A stretch of 64,000 bases of DNA from Marsupella aquatica (GCA_973895155.1 OZ316897.1:16305375-16369374), one strand, 5' to 3'. Positions 26,568 to 39,798 are shown, counted from the first letter of the stretch. Made by a program: numbers and translations. The notes: generated by a model not told the origin, from the sequence alone.

Positions 26568-27369
26568 CAGGTTGGCTCTGTACGTTATAAGCTTGGCGCA
26601 CCTATAAAGAACACCGGCAGGACAAGTCAGCTAGCTAGGTTGTGAAGGCTGTCACTTCTAGTTTCTCAATATATATGTAGATAATCAAATTAATCCATCT
26701 TCTAAAACCTTAATTCAGTCCTGTATATCATCAATAGTAATTCCAGTTCTAGCTCTGAAAATGGATAATCATCTCAGTAGCTAGAATAAGCTTCTTAGAG
26801 TATAATGGGGAGACGCCGATATCGCTCACTTGGAAAAGATGATTATATTCACTAAAAAATCCTACAGACAAAAGAACAGTGACCTACTTTGTCTGTACGT
26901 CCTGATATCAAATGGACGCATCTGAAAATAATTAATGTTGCCTGGTATGTGACTTCCCTGATATATATGATCGAACAGTATACCTTTAAATTCAAGGAAA
27001 ACCAGCACTTCCCTTCAATTATTTGGCAATTAGGGTAGCTTAAAGAGAAGAGATATCAGATCCCTGAATCATTGACATGCAAGAGAACAGTAAGCAATGG
27101 AAATGCTTACCTCTATCTCCTAGGCTTGAATAAGCACCCCAAATCTCGATAGCAATCTTGTAAGCGTCAATGCTTAGTCAAGTGCACAAAAAAGCATCAG
27201 GCACCGAAACACACTGCTGAATGATGCAGGCCAAATGGAGAAGCCAGGCTTAAATGAACATAGACGGAGAACGGCGCAATGATAGCCCGGCTCGGTGACT
27301 AAGGACAGGCATTGCGGACTTCTTACCAACAGAGTGACCCTGCTTGCATGCTGACTTACAAGGGACAGT

Positions 27370-27510
27370 GCCTTTGATGTGTTACTGACTCTTGGAACTG
27401 GCTTCACGAGTGAGGAAAGGTAGTTTTAATAACGTGTTACTGGTTATTGGGACTGGGCTCACGAGTAAGGACCGGTCCGATAATGTGTTACTGACTATTG
27501 GCTCACGCCC
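27370..27510. repeat. Degenerate ~53-bp tandem repeat (about 3 copies)
   Basis: gtgttactg...ttgg.actgg.tcacgagt.agga recurs. Confidence 0.6.
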
Positions 27511-29879
27511 AAAAGCGAGTGTGACTAATATATTTATCAACTTGTCCCCCACACTATTGAATTTGCTTCCCTGCCCCCCATACAGTATTGCACCCCATGC
27601 ACCCCATACGGTCGATCAGTATCTACCCAACTTCGGTTCTCTGGCTATCCTTTGTGGCACCCTAGGTGTCATTTTTATGAAAGTGAAAGCCCCTTTTAAT
27701 ACAGGGGTCTACAGCCAAACAAGCCAGCTTTTAAGGATTTTATAAAATTACAACATGTACAGGAATATTTTTTAATTTCATATGGAAAAAAAAGAGAACC
27801 AAACCATTTATACTACTTGGAAATTTTTAAAAGTGTAAAACTTAGGTTTTTTCAGATTTTAATAATTTTGTATAGCTAGCCAATTTTTCTGTCCATATAA
27901 AAATGTAGATCCTAGCTTGTCTATTATACACGAATTGAGTACCCCCCCTGGGTGAGGGCAAGGAGGTGAAAGTGAGAAGACAAAAAGGCAAATGGCGAAT
28001 AAGGACTTCAAACCTCCTCAAGCCACTATATGCCTAGATAAGGACATGCGAACGTGTTTGCAATCATTCAGCCCTGCCGTGCGTCAGTGAGTCGGTGTTA
28101 CATAATGCTTTCCGTTTGTGGGTGGGGTCATTCTACTGATTTCATTTTGTTTTCTCGCTCTCCCTCTCCGTATTATTTCACTGGAAAACTGTATTCCCCA
28201 CCTTCACAACCTACGAAGATCTAACGGTGCAGAGGAGTGTAAGCTCTGGACAATCTAACAGTGCTGATCGATGCAAATCCTCTTGAAATTATATATCCAA
28301 GTTACAAATTGTACCACCTCACGAGTGCTCAGTGAAGTAGAGATAGTGTAGCTAGCCAATGACATACAGGGAAACAAGTCGGGAATACATGGAGAAAGTG
28401 TCTTTGTGGAAGGCCGGATGTTCCTAGCCTTAGAGTGACCATCCAACGGGCTTGAGTATGCCATTTGGAAAGTGCTTCACACACTTTCCCCATACTGGTT
28501 AGTGAAATCCCCGGGAAAATCAGTCATGTAATATATATACAGATAGGTATGTTACTCTCAGAGTAGTCGGGAAAGCGTTGAACGTCACGGAGTATGGGAA
28601 GCCCAAGGTAGCTAGGGATTGCCTGCAAAAGTGCGTAAGATTTCCCTTGAATGTACCCAACTTCGTTGTATAAGACAGGGAATTACCAGTAACGTACAGT
28701 TAGGGAAGATCAGTTGGCACGACTGTGCACATACTCCTCGTGCCAGATTCGAAGATTTAAGAGGAAAGGGTGAACGTTCTTATGGTCCAATGGCAGGCTC
28801 GAGCTAGAACGATTCACGGCTATATATGGCAATTCCCTATCACGGAGTATAGACTCACAGCATACATATATGGAGAATCCATCCTGGTAATTATAGTATT
28901 GTCACTGGGTTTCAGGTCATTCTGTAGATGCCAGCTCAATATCAAAGCTCATCTTCTGTTTCAACTGTCTGTGCTATCATGCTGCTCTCTGAGTAGTTAC
29001 TGGCTCCTCTTCTGTTTTTGGTCTCATGTCTCTTGTCTGGCTCTGTTTGTTATTTAGTATTATGAGGGGGATTATGTTGCCCATCAAGGCTTTCTTAATT
29101 TCATGGTCCATCTGTAACACAGGAGGGTTTCCTGTGTCCAATAAATTCTGGGGCAGGGTTTGCCTTTTCCCTAAGGCTTTTATTTTAATAACAGAGAGTA
29201 AAGTAAGCCCTACCCAAAAGTTGCCTGGCCTTTGCAAGGCCACTTTAGCATGAACCCAGTCTTCTAAAGGTTCTCAACTGACCAATCTAACCATAGCATA
29301 GCATATCTAACACTATAATAACCGATGCCGCCTTTTTTGCCTTTTGTCCATTTGCAAAATGAGCTGAGGGCGGGAGTCATGTGTGGCCGTTGGATTACTT
29401 GACGTTTTTTAGAAGCCGGTTTGTTTGTGTGCCCCCTCGCTTTCTCCTCTGCCCTCACCCTCCATGCCACGGCCTGCCACAATCCTGTATCCCACGGCCT
29501 AGCCTTTGTGCTTGCCCTTTGACATCCACCCTTGCCATGGGCCTGGCTCGCCCCCTGGTGCACGGTCCTGCCACGGCCCTGACACGCCCATGGCCCACCC
29601 TCCTTCCCACGCTGCCCTCCCCCTGCCATTCTGCCTCTCCGTGGCTTGCTTTGAGTGCTACGGCCCCCCTGGGCCCTCAGTCTTAACTAATATGTGGAGG
29701 ACGTGCGAAGGCTTGAAAGGTAGTTTTTATTAATTTTGAACTAATAATTATAATCATTACTGGCAATAAGGGAACTTTTAATAGTAAAATGGAAATAACA
29801 AGGGGTAAACAGGAAAAGGGCCCGATCGCAGGGGGGTCTACTTCTTTTACACGGAGTGAGGGCCTAGGGTACGGCCCTA

Positions 29880-30790
29880 CCACAGCCAAGCTCTGTCGCC
29901 AGTCCAGGCGCAGTCGCTGCCCCCACCCTGCTGATCCAGGCGAAAACCATTGCCCTGTGCTCAGGTGCTATCGCTGCACACTTGCCCTGCCCTGACAGTC
30001 CAGGCGTGGCAGTGATAGACAGGCACCGATGGCCACCCACAGTCCAGGTGCGGCTGTGGCGGATGGGTTGCCCCAGCCCCGCCTGGACTGTGGGTGGCTG
30101 TGACCCGGTGCCCGTCGCTGCCAGTCCGCCCCACCTGCGCCTGGACTATGGGTGCCCGTCGCCCAGTGGCCATCACTAGCCGTTTGCCCCCAGCCGCGTC
30201 TGGACTGAGGGTGGCCGTTGCTGCCCATCCGCCCCCAGCCGCGTCTGGACTGTGGTGCCCATCCCCCCGTGGCCTTCGCTGGCTGTTTTCCCCCAGCCGC
30301 GCCTGGACTATGGTGCCCGTCGCCCGGTGGCCGTCGCTGGCCGTTTGCCCCCAGCCGCGTCTGGACTGAGGGTGGCTGTTGCTGCCCATCCGCCCCCAGC
30401 CGCGTCTGGACTGTGGTGCCCATCCCCCCGTGGCCTTCGCTGGCTGTTTTCCCCCAGCCGCGCCTGGACTATGGTGCCCGTCGCCCGGTGGCCGTCGCTG
30501 GCCGTTTGCCCCCAGCCGCGCCTGGACTATGGGTGCCCGTCGCTGCATGGCCGTTGCTGGCCGTCCGCCCCCAGCCGCGCCTAGACTGTGGGCCCCCGCC
30601 GCCCGGTGCCCGTCGCTGTCCATCCACCCCCAGCCGCGCCTGGACCCGTGGGTCCCCGTCGCCGGTCGCTCATCGCTGCCTCTCTACCATGGCCGCCCGT
30701 CACTGCTCATCGGCCACCACGTACCGCGCCTGGACTGTGGGTGGCTGTTGTCCATCGCTGCCTCTCCGCTGCCGCCGCACCTGAACTGCC
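29880..30790. repeat. GC-rich tandem array (core CCCCAGCCGCGYCTGGACT, ~50-56-bp units, 161-bp higher-order period)
   Basis: cgtttgcccccagccgcg recurs at 30181, 30342 and 30503. Confidence 0.9.
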
Positions 30791-30809
30791 ACGGCCCTGG
30801 TGACCATGC

Positions 30810-32382
30810 GACAATGGCTCTTGCTCGGGGTTTGTATGAGAACGATGAGGAGTGGGATAGATGCCTTCAAGAAGCGGCAAGCATGCACACAGGTGCGCAA
30901 ATTTGGCAACTATTTATTCCAATATTGTTGTTTGGAGGTGTTGCCAAACCGTGCGACCTGTGGGCACAACATGCATCCAATTTGAGTGATGATTAGGTAT
31001 CGTTTGCAATCAATGGGTTTCTTAGATTCTACAGAGTAGCAGCAACAAAGCTTTGCTCTACATTTGATGGATGAAGTTTTGAAAAGTGTCGGTAAAACAT
31101 TGTTGGAGTTTGGCCTTCCAGAACCAGGTATGGAGTTTTTCGAAGAGGAAGAAAATAGAAACCTGTTGAAAAGAGTCTAGGAGACATGTTATCCAATGGA
31201 TGTACTTCTACAACAACTTGCAGAGCAAGAGCCATTGTTGAATGAGGGTCAAAGGGCAATGTACACTTCAATACTTGCAGCGGTGAGGGCTTGAGATGGA
31301 GCGACATTCTTTATTGATGGACCAGGGGGGATGGGCAAAACATTTGTGAAAAATGTTCTACTTTGGAGAGTCCGTGCAGATGGGGACGTCACATAGGCCG
31401 TGGCTTCCTCTGGCATTGCAAGTCTTTTGTTAGATGGAGGACGCACCGCGCATTCTTGATTCAAGCTACCATTGAAACCAATCTCAACATCAACATGCGC
31501 CATCCAAAAACAATCTGACCTTGCCGGATTATTGTGGAGGGCAACTTTTACTTTGTGGGATGAAGCACCCATGATCCATTGGCATGGAGTGGAGGCGTTT
31601 GACAGAACTTTACGCGACATACGAGATAATGACCAAATCTTTGGAGGGGTTGTAGTTGTATTTGCAGGTGATGTTTGTCCAGAGATAGTGGTGTCGTGTT
31701 TGAAGAAGTCTTATGTCTGGAGTAGTATACAGACTTTGAAGCTAATTGAAAATATGCGGGCAAGAGGAACTAATGCCTCTCCTGAATTTGGTGATGTTAC
31801 TTTTGCGGAGTGGCTACTACAATTGGGCGATGATAAACTCCCAAAAGGAGGGCCTTCGAATAATCTTCTTACTTGCCCTGAGTCTATGGTGGTGGATGGA
31901 GGACGTGTGGAATCATTGATTCATGCAATTTACCCATCTCTTGCTAATGTAGACGATAGGTTCTTAGTGAGAGAACTATCCTGGCGCCGACAAATGATGA
32001 GGCCCTAAAAATTAATGACTCTATCTTAGAAGGACTTCCCAGGGAATCAAGTGAGTTTTTTAGCGTTGATCGTTCGGATCAGCTTGAAAGGGAGAATTTC
32101 TACCCTACAGAGTTCTTAAATACACTCACGCCAAGTGGTCTTCTGCCTCATAAGTTGGTATTGAAGGTCGGATGCCCAATCATTTTACTTAGGAATATAG
32201 ATCACTCTTTGGGGTTGTGTAATGGTACTTGGCTAATTGTGAGAGCAATGAATCGTTGTGTCATTGAGGCACGAGTTCTTGCAGGAAAACATGCAGGTAC
32301 CCTTACATTTATCTCACGGATTCTATTGACATCTAACGAATCACTTCCTTTTTTATTACGTAGGGCCCAATTTCCCATTTGA
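30810..32382 (+). pseudogene. Helitron PIF1-family helicase remnant with stops and frameshifts
   Basis: GLYENDEEWDRCLQEA...QLF..IL...LW...LSDD*; FFIDGPGGMGKT (Walker A, ~31311-31342); ASSGIASLLLDGGRTAHS*; WDEAPM; FGGVVVVFAGD; ENMRA; YPTEFLN; LKVGCPIILLRNIDHSLGLCNGT; QFPI*. Confidence 0.9.
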
Positions 32383-32504
32383 GTGGCATGTAGTTCTTTA
32401 TTGAACGCATGAACCTGCGCATGAATAAAGATTGCATCACTTTTGTATTAATATGTTTGACTTTTTGCCTGAATTATATGTTTGCAATGCACAACCATGT
32501 TTGC

Positions 32505-32912
32505 CTCGCCTCAAAATCTTGCCTCACCTTGACATCTTGCCCTCTCCTCGACATCTTGCCCTCACCTCCACATCTTGCCCTCACCTCCACATCTTGCCCT
32601 CACCTCGACATCTTGCTCTCATCTCGACATCATGTCCTCACCTCGACATGTTGCCCTCTCTTTGACCTGTTGCCCTCTCCTCGATATCTTGCTCTCGCCT
32701 TGACATCTTGCCCTCACCTCGACATCTTGCCCTCTCCTCCAAATCTTGCCCTCTCCTCGATATCTTGCCCTCTCCTCGACATCTTGCCCTCTCCTCAATA
32801 TCTTGCCCTCTCCTCAAAATCTTGCCCTCACCTCGACATCTTGCCCTCTCCTCGAAATCTTGCCATCTCCTCGACATCTTGTCCTCAACTCGACATCTTG
32901 CCCTCTCCTCGA
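32505..32912. repeat. 20-bp minisatellite (cctcgacatcttgccctct/a, ~20 copies) in the Helitron 3' subterminal region
   Basis: Direct reading of tandem units. Confidence 0.92.
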
Positions 32913-33506
32913 AGTCTTTTGTGCAACGCACGGGCATGGGGCTAGTATATAGTATAAGAAAACAAAACCTTAGTGAACCGCAGCCTACATATATTTCTGT
33001 TTTGCATCCAAAGAATGAACAAACAGCACAAACCCAGCTATTGTGGAGATATCGAATTAAAGCAAATACAATCGTAATTAATGAAGTAACTTGAAACCTT
33101 AACGAGAAACCTTGCAGACTGAGGAAATGCGAGAAAAACTATCATTTCTGTCAATTGATAGGACGAGAGTAAACCCTAATGCTGTGAGCTTTCGAACATG
33201 TAGGACGGATCGACACCCCGCACATGTACACTAAAATATATTGCAACAAATTGGAAAGGTGCGAATGCAGAATATATTGCAAAATGCAAAACAACGAGTT
33301 TGAGTGATGGGAGTGAAGATTTTGAGATGACCGAGTATCATCTGTCACTGTAAACTAGTAGTAGCTAGTGATTCGAAGCATATATTATCTCTCTGAAGTC
33401 TCATTGTTTAGGACAACGTGATCGACCAACGCTTCTAGAGTTTAAGTCGGTGCAGACCGTGAAGAACCATAAAAATCCTCGGCCATTGACTCATGAAATG
33501 GTAATC

Positions 33507-35199
33507 TTAGAAGGTATTTTTGCTTACTACCAGTGCGTAACCTGCAGGCGATGAAGCACTTTTCCAAATTTCAATCCCGTCTCCTTCTCTTAGAGAATGC
33601 CACACGAAAAAATCACGTATATTTCGTAACATGTATATTCTTTTTGCTGTCACCTCAGACTTAAACTTCAACCTCATCGTCCACACGCGTTCGGCCTCCC
33701 AGTCAACAAAACTGACTGAATAACCTCCCTTGTCTTCCACATGGGGAAAGTGAGTTTTGACATCTTTCTTTCCGAGAAATATTGATCCAGAACATGTCAT
33801 TCCCAATTTCTCATCCGTCTTGGTCAGTTTCTTTCGAATGATCTGTTTCCAGGCTACGGTGGTAGCATCTTTCCCTAACGAGGCTGGCATATATTTAATT
33901 ATTGATTTGTCAAATCTCAGGATATGCCGATTCCCTGACTCTTCTCTATAAATCCGCAGCATGTGACCTTTCAGTTTATGGTGGTTGGTGTACCTAATAG
34001 AGTCCTTCAGTCTGTATTGTGTACATGATGCAGAGGAAGCGGTGGCCGTCAATCTCATGCTCCATATCTTTCCAGCTTCCGCTCCATCGTGCAAAGTCAA
34101 TTGCAGTTGACTTGAAACGGGGCCAAAATTCAATTCAACAGGTTTTTTAGGTAGTAACACCCCGGTGGCGTCATGCCCAACATCTGTTTTCGTTAATAGC
34201 TTCTCCACAAGCAAGAGTTCTGTGGGAAGGTTTCCGCTCCCACCAACAAGTTGACCGGCTGGACTTTGGTTCGCTCCTATCCAACCCGGCTCCGTATTGA
34301 ATTGCTGCGCGTTACCCTGGTCAATCGGCATATCGATCTTCGTATACTGGGTCAACAACATTCTCGACTTCTTCATTAAACATATCAACCTGGGGGGTTT
34401 TCTCGTTGTTGAGGATGCCTGTGTGGAAGACGTGTTCTTGGGCATCGCATCCGTTGATGTCTGATGTCAAATTCTGGCCTTGTCGAGCATGCCATCCTGT
34501 AGCTGAGGTAATACTACTTGAAGGTGGGTGACCACTTGGTAGACCAGAGTGCATTATGTCGCTTGTAGACCTGGCGTCCAGTGTCGATGCAAGGTCTGAG
34601 TCGTGCTCCAGTTAACCCATTGGAATATCATTTTGTGTACTTTCTTCTATAATCTGGCAGCCGACCTCTTCGCTCAAAGAGTAACTTCTACTACTTGAGA
34701 TTGAAGGGTGTGCATTTGGAGTCTAGCTCTGAATCCGTAATCACAAGGATTCCATCCTTCACTTCAGCTGTGGAGATGTCATAGTCGGCAACACTCAGAG
34801 GAACGAAGGTTGAGGGACATGAATCTGAGATCTCTGCATCAACTTTCTCCAACTCTGGCTTATCTTTCCATATTCCGTCGAAAAACTCTCTGAATTGTTC
34901 ACCAAACCGATCCCTAACGGGATTTGCTCAGTGCCGACGATCCCTCTTTGAAGGGTGGGCTCGTGGGTAATCTCAACAGCGGAAGTAGATTGATGTACAT
35001 TGCCTTCATTGATATCGATTATCAAATTCTGGTCGTGGAATTGAGCGTGCACTGTAGGATTCCCCGTACGGATGTGGAGCAACGGTGAAATGCCTGGACT
35101 GTTCACGTTTCCATTCTCGACATGGGAATTTTCCTGACTATTCTGGGACATGGGAATTTTCCTGACTATTCTGGTCATAACCAGAGATGAATGATCCAT
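33507..35199 (-). pseudogene. Intronless gene with two tandem LAV/ABI3-type B3 domains; N-terminal part disrupted, B3 ORF 33507-34445 open
   Basis: B3-1: LVEKLLTKTDVG....VLLPKK..E.NF...W.MR..Y.L. B3-2: IIRKKLTKTD.....IFLGKKDVKTHFP..EDKGG......ERVWTMRLKF......IYMLRN..DF....L.EGD.I.IW. Upstream ORF pieces (34795-35199, 34321-34554) are separated by frameshifts and a stop; a 28-bp tandem duplication lies at ~35121-35175. Confidence 0.75.
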
Positions 35200-35229
35200 A
35201 ATGCAGTAGCAGTAGCAGGAATTAAAAAC

Positions 35230-36070
35230 TTGCCTTATAGAATGTGTAGTTCTAGGTAGGGTTATGTGCAGCAGGTTGGTTTGTTGGTTTAGGTAAGCAC
35301 CCTACTTACACTTTAGGTTATTTTTCATAGAAAGGATTAACGGGCCAAGTTGGACCTGCGTGCAAAAGTACACAGTCAGCAAGACCCGTAAGTAAGGGAG
35401 GGAGTGCCAGGCTGGACCAACCAAGTCACCTAGATATAAAAAATATGCTTAGACTTGTTAAAAATACCTTGCAAGAGAGGGAGACCAAGCTGGACCCACC
35501 AAGCAGCCACGAAAGCGGGGTGTGGGTCATGCTGACCAACCAAGCCAGCTAGGCACACAAGCCCACTAAGGCGAGGGCTAGTAAGAATGATCGGACGGGA
35601 GGCAGGGGAGCTAGGGATGGATGGATCGGATGGAGGAGCCGGTCGGATGGGAAGGGCCAGTAGGATGGAAGGCCGAGTTTGAACCAACCAAGAAGCCTGG
35701 GCACAAAAGCACCTCACACCAAGCCGGGAAGGCACGGATCGAGGGAGAAAGGGAAGATACAGGATAGATTAGCTCCACTATATAAAGAGAAAGCCAAACA
35801 AAGGGACACTTACAATAGAGGAAACGAAATTTAGGTCAAGTCAACTCGCACACGTGAACTACTCGCGGCGCAGGACGGTTCGTTCACAGTACTTCAGAGA
35901 GGCAGGATTCTTCTAACTCCCTCTTGTGTTGTCATTTTACTTGTTCAGGGGTCTTAATGTAGCATCTTGTGAAGCTAGTTAGCCTAGATCGAGCACCAGA
36001 TCGGAGCACCCCCTACCCGAGTGCCCTCGATAGTCCCTTCTTCAAGTCAAAATAGCCACTGCTATGTCGC
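35230..36070 (+). mobile_element. Probable 3' fragment/LTR of an LTR retrotransposon
   Basis: Polypurine tract AAGTAAGGGAGGGAG immediately followed by TG at 35405, similar to the PPT-LTR junction of the Gypsy element at 53810. TATATAAA inside. Right boundary and TSD not found. Confidence 0.4.
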
Positions 36071-37210
36071 GGCTAACAATATGGCCTGTTAAGATCCCTC
36101 CAATCATAGGTTTTCTCGAAGTAACTGGCGGGGCAACAGGAAGACTCCAGAAAGGCTTCAGCAGTGACTACTGCACATAAATGTTGATTTCGAGATGTAG
36201 CGATGTGTTGCAGAGTGCAGTTCGTCTGTGGAGATGTTTGATTCACTTTTATGTTTCTAGGGATCTCCATTCACTTTTGCCCAACTTGTTCTTTACTAGG
36301 TTGCCTCTTTACACAGGAGGAGAGATATATATAAACAAGACCGCTCGTGCGCACTGCTTAAAAGAGGTAAACTTCTTCTATTGATTCCTCCTTCGATCTG
36401 TCGTAGCATTTTACTTGTTCAGGTGCCAATTTGATCTATTAATGTGGTTTTCTACTCTTGGGTTTCTGATTGTGAGTTCACTTTTTGTAAAACTTCCCTT
36501 TTAAGTTCCGTTCGTTCCCGTACCCAACGGTTTTCATATATGTTGATTATTTTTTGCTGTGTCTTAGTTAGCTCTTTACTCGTTGAGGGATCGGAGCACC
36601 CCACCCAGTGAGCTAGATAGTCAATTGCATCTCGATCAAAGTAATAGTAAGGAAGTACTGACCTTGTGGTTCCGGATGTAGTTCCTGCTATGTGGAAACT
36701 AGAGGACCCCTTCACAAGTTCTTCCATGTAGTCGCGCTATCCTACAAACAGAGTAGACGGTGCTCCTAGCCTTAAACTTGGATCTGTAGCTGCAGGCCTA
36801 AATGAAGTTTGATTCATATAAGTCTAATGCACAATAATGCTGATATCGAGATTTAGTGCCGTATTGCAGAGTACATGTAGTGCCCCTAGCTAAGGAGATG
36901 GTCTTAATTTCCAAATTGACATTCATCATGCTGTTAAGCACCGGGTAGTGATTTCATTTACTGGGTTTAGAAGACATCATAAAATGTTAATTGTTTTCAA
37001 TCGTTGTTTTCTAGAGAAATAGTAGGAGTAGGCTAGAATGTAGCGAAACCAACGGAGCTAAATTGGCATGTGGAGACAAAAACCTATTAAATGTTTTTTT
37101 CCGGAATTTCTGATAGTGAATTCTTTGTTTTTCAATGTTCATAGTGGATATGTTTTTCAATGTTCATAGTCCCCAGAAAAATGACTTTGAAGACTATTGG
37201 GGCAGATTGA

Positions 37211-39798
37211 ATGGAGACAGTCGAAAACGCTGGAGGTGATTTGTCGGAGATATACAACGTGTTCTTGATCCAGCTGGGCTTGGCCACCAGCTTGGCCTTC
37301 ATGGTATTGCAGTCTACAACAAAAACGACAAAAGCCATTCTTGGACAGCTTACATATGGTATGAAAGTAATGCCGATCATTTATCAGAAGTTTTTTTTTA
37401 TCTAAATCTGAGCTTAATTACCAAGTGCTGCTAACGTATACTCTCTTGGTCGTCCTTGTATCACGAGCTGGTTCATGCATGACCTTTACATTGAGCAGTA
37501 TTTTCAGTTGTTTTGGGTAAGTGGTTAATTGCAGCTGGTGAAAATTTTCACTAATTAACTCTAATATTAATCTTGCCCCTAAGTAGTGCATAGTTTGTTA
37601 AGGCCGGCCTATACTTTGGGCACCATGACCTAAAACATATGAATCCAAGATACATAGACTTACTAGTTTGTGATCTAAATGGAGTAAAGAATCATGATGT
37701 TGAGATCAGGATGCTACTAAAGTATAGTCTAATTGAAGTACTTATATGTAATATTAAATCAGTGTAATGTTACTCATTCTGCAGGGATGGAACAAAATTT
37801 TTCAGAGGCGAGTACTTACCTGAATTAAGGGCCCATCATCATGTTTCTACACGCATCATGCAATTAGTTGTTTTTAGTTCAATTCATTTCCTTTAATATT
37901 AGATAAGATGTCATGCAATTGTTTTTTGTGCAATACATTTCCTCTAGAAGCTATTTAAGAAGAGGTCCTGTATGCTTCAATTCAAAAAACCATTTCTTAA
38001 GGTAGATTTAGGTCAAACTGTAAGGTATGTCCTTAAGACTGCGTTGTTGTTCTACATTGCCAGATGATTCTGTAAAAATACCTGAAAATACTGGAGCTGA
38101 TTTCTTGGAGATACGCAATGGTGTTTGTCTTCCTGATCCAACCAAACTTGGCCTTCGTGGCATCAACTTCTACAAACGCATGGGTGGTTGGACAGCCCAC
38201 ATATGGTATGAAAATCCAGTCATCACAAAAGACCATAGATTTGTTTTGAAACTCAACATAGCGCTGCTGACATATTCTCTCTGGGTTCTGAATCTTACCT
38301 GTGGTCCATGTATAGATTATTAGCGGGCATGGGGACTGAGTGTGATATTCAGCAGCATTTTCAATGGTTTTTCGGTGACTGGTTAATTTAGCTTATGACT
38401 AATTCTCACTACTATACTACGTATGATCAGCTCCACAAATCTTCCTGCCCCACCCTAGTGCATACGTTTTTTGGGCACCTTAATGTGGAAGGACGACGTA
38501 CCTACAAATAATATCCAAGATCGATCTATACAATCGGATCCATGCATTATAAGTATCAACTTAATGTAATACTAAATCAGTGTAATGTGACTCATTCTGC
38601 AGGGACGGAAAGCAGTTTTACATAGGTGAGTACCTACCTTAAGAGTCGAGCGTGATTCAATTTCATGCAATTGATTTACTTTTAGTACTATTTAATAAGA
38701 AGTTTTTACCTTCCAATATAGAAAACTTTAAGATTTGGATCAAGTGTTTTGCATGTCCTGAATACAGTCCTAAATTCTGCTTTGTTGATATATCCCAGGT
38801 TTATATGCATCTGCATCAGAGGCAGCCAAGTAAGGTCCAGTATTTTCTTCTTGTGCTGAAGCATAGAAGTATACATTGAACTGAGACTCTGAAATATTCA
38901 ATAACGTACTCACACTTTAATTATATGCACAATACCCATCGGGCCGGGCTAATCTCCAGTTCTTCGTTTGGGTGAAATGGTCTGCAGAGCCTATGATAAA
39001 GCAAGTCTCAAACATTTGGATGCTGCAGCTGCTCTTCCCAACTACAAAGGCATCTATGACTATAGCGGAGATATTATGGAGGTAGGAACTGTCGATATTT
39101 GTTTGAAATTAGTGATGTTCGGAGGAGGATCTTTTCAAACAAATTTTTCTAGAAGTACGGGCAGTATTAGTTATTGATATATACTGTACATTTGAATCTA
39201 TTGCAGATGGCTCCACTTACCAATGACGAGTTCAGAGAACTTTTGAAAGAACGTGCCAGACTTTCCGAACATGTTCATGTAGGGGAAGGGGTGACTCGAT
39301 GCCCTGAAGGCAGGTTTGAAGTACGAATCAAGCTCCAAGCTGCTGACAGGTGAGACATCAAAATCATCTTCTATCTAACTGTATTCTCAAAGGTTTCCTC
39401 TGCTACGTAGTTCACTACGTGTGACCACAATAGCAAATCCATAGCCAAAGAAGATAACATCGGGAATTCCTGTTTTTGTTACCTAGTCGGACTGCAATTT
39501 TAGTGGTTTAATTGAATCGAGGTTTATGTTTTTCAGCTGGAAATTCTTGGGGAGGTTTGACGATCTCGAAGATGCAAAAAGGTTTCTTTCATTTCCGTAC
39601 TAGAATGATTTAACTCCTTTGACCTAGATATCAGCTTCCTTTCTTTCAGTACCTAGATGTGTTTCATGCACAGTTATTTAATTCGAAAAAGAAACGCCTG
39701 CAGGCCGGAAGGTAAGCTAATAATATAGTGGTACTCTTTTGTGCAGATGGTACCAGATGGTATCAAGATGGTATCAGAGACAAGCAAATTCAGCCTGA
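37211..39798 (+). pseudogene. Divergent euAP2-type gene, copy B (inverted paralog of copy A); first exon truncated/frameshifted, downstream exons open
   Basis: Exons: ~37211-37358 (frameshifted), 37785-37807 (GC donor), 38064-38205, 38603-38625 (GT donor), 38799-38829, 38988-39081, 39207-39349, 39537-39581, 39747-~39798. Exon lengths 23/31/94/143/45 are identical to copy A, and introns also align in reverse complement. Confidence 0.75.

Larger units (their letters stand above)
29837..32945 (+). mobile_element. Decayed Helitron (non-autonomous)
   Basis: Rep-Hel remnant plus canonical 3' end: GTGCAACGCAC hairpin followed by CTAG|T at 32942-32946. The 5' end (TCTAC at 29837) is tentative because it is preceded by G, not A. 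Confidence 0.85.

Noticed and set aside
29961-30784. Long overlapping ORFs (150-220 aa) on both strands
   Set aside because: Artefacts of the GC-rich, stop-poor tandem array.
32409-33094. Repetitive ORFs (LDILPSPRHLAL...) and CRISPR-like regularity
   Set aside because: 20-bp minisatellite without unique spacers; eukaryotic context and no cas genes.
34730-34780. AEVKDGILVIT resembling an alpha-crystallin/Hsp20 motif upstream of the B3 domains
   Set aside because: Short match only; the rest of the domain is not evident.
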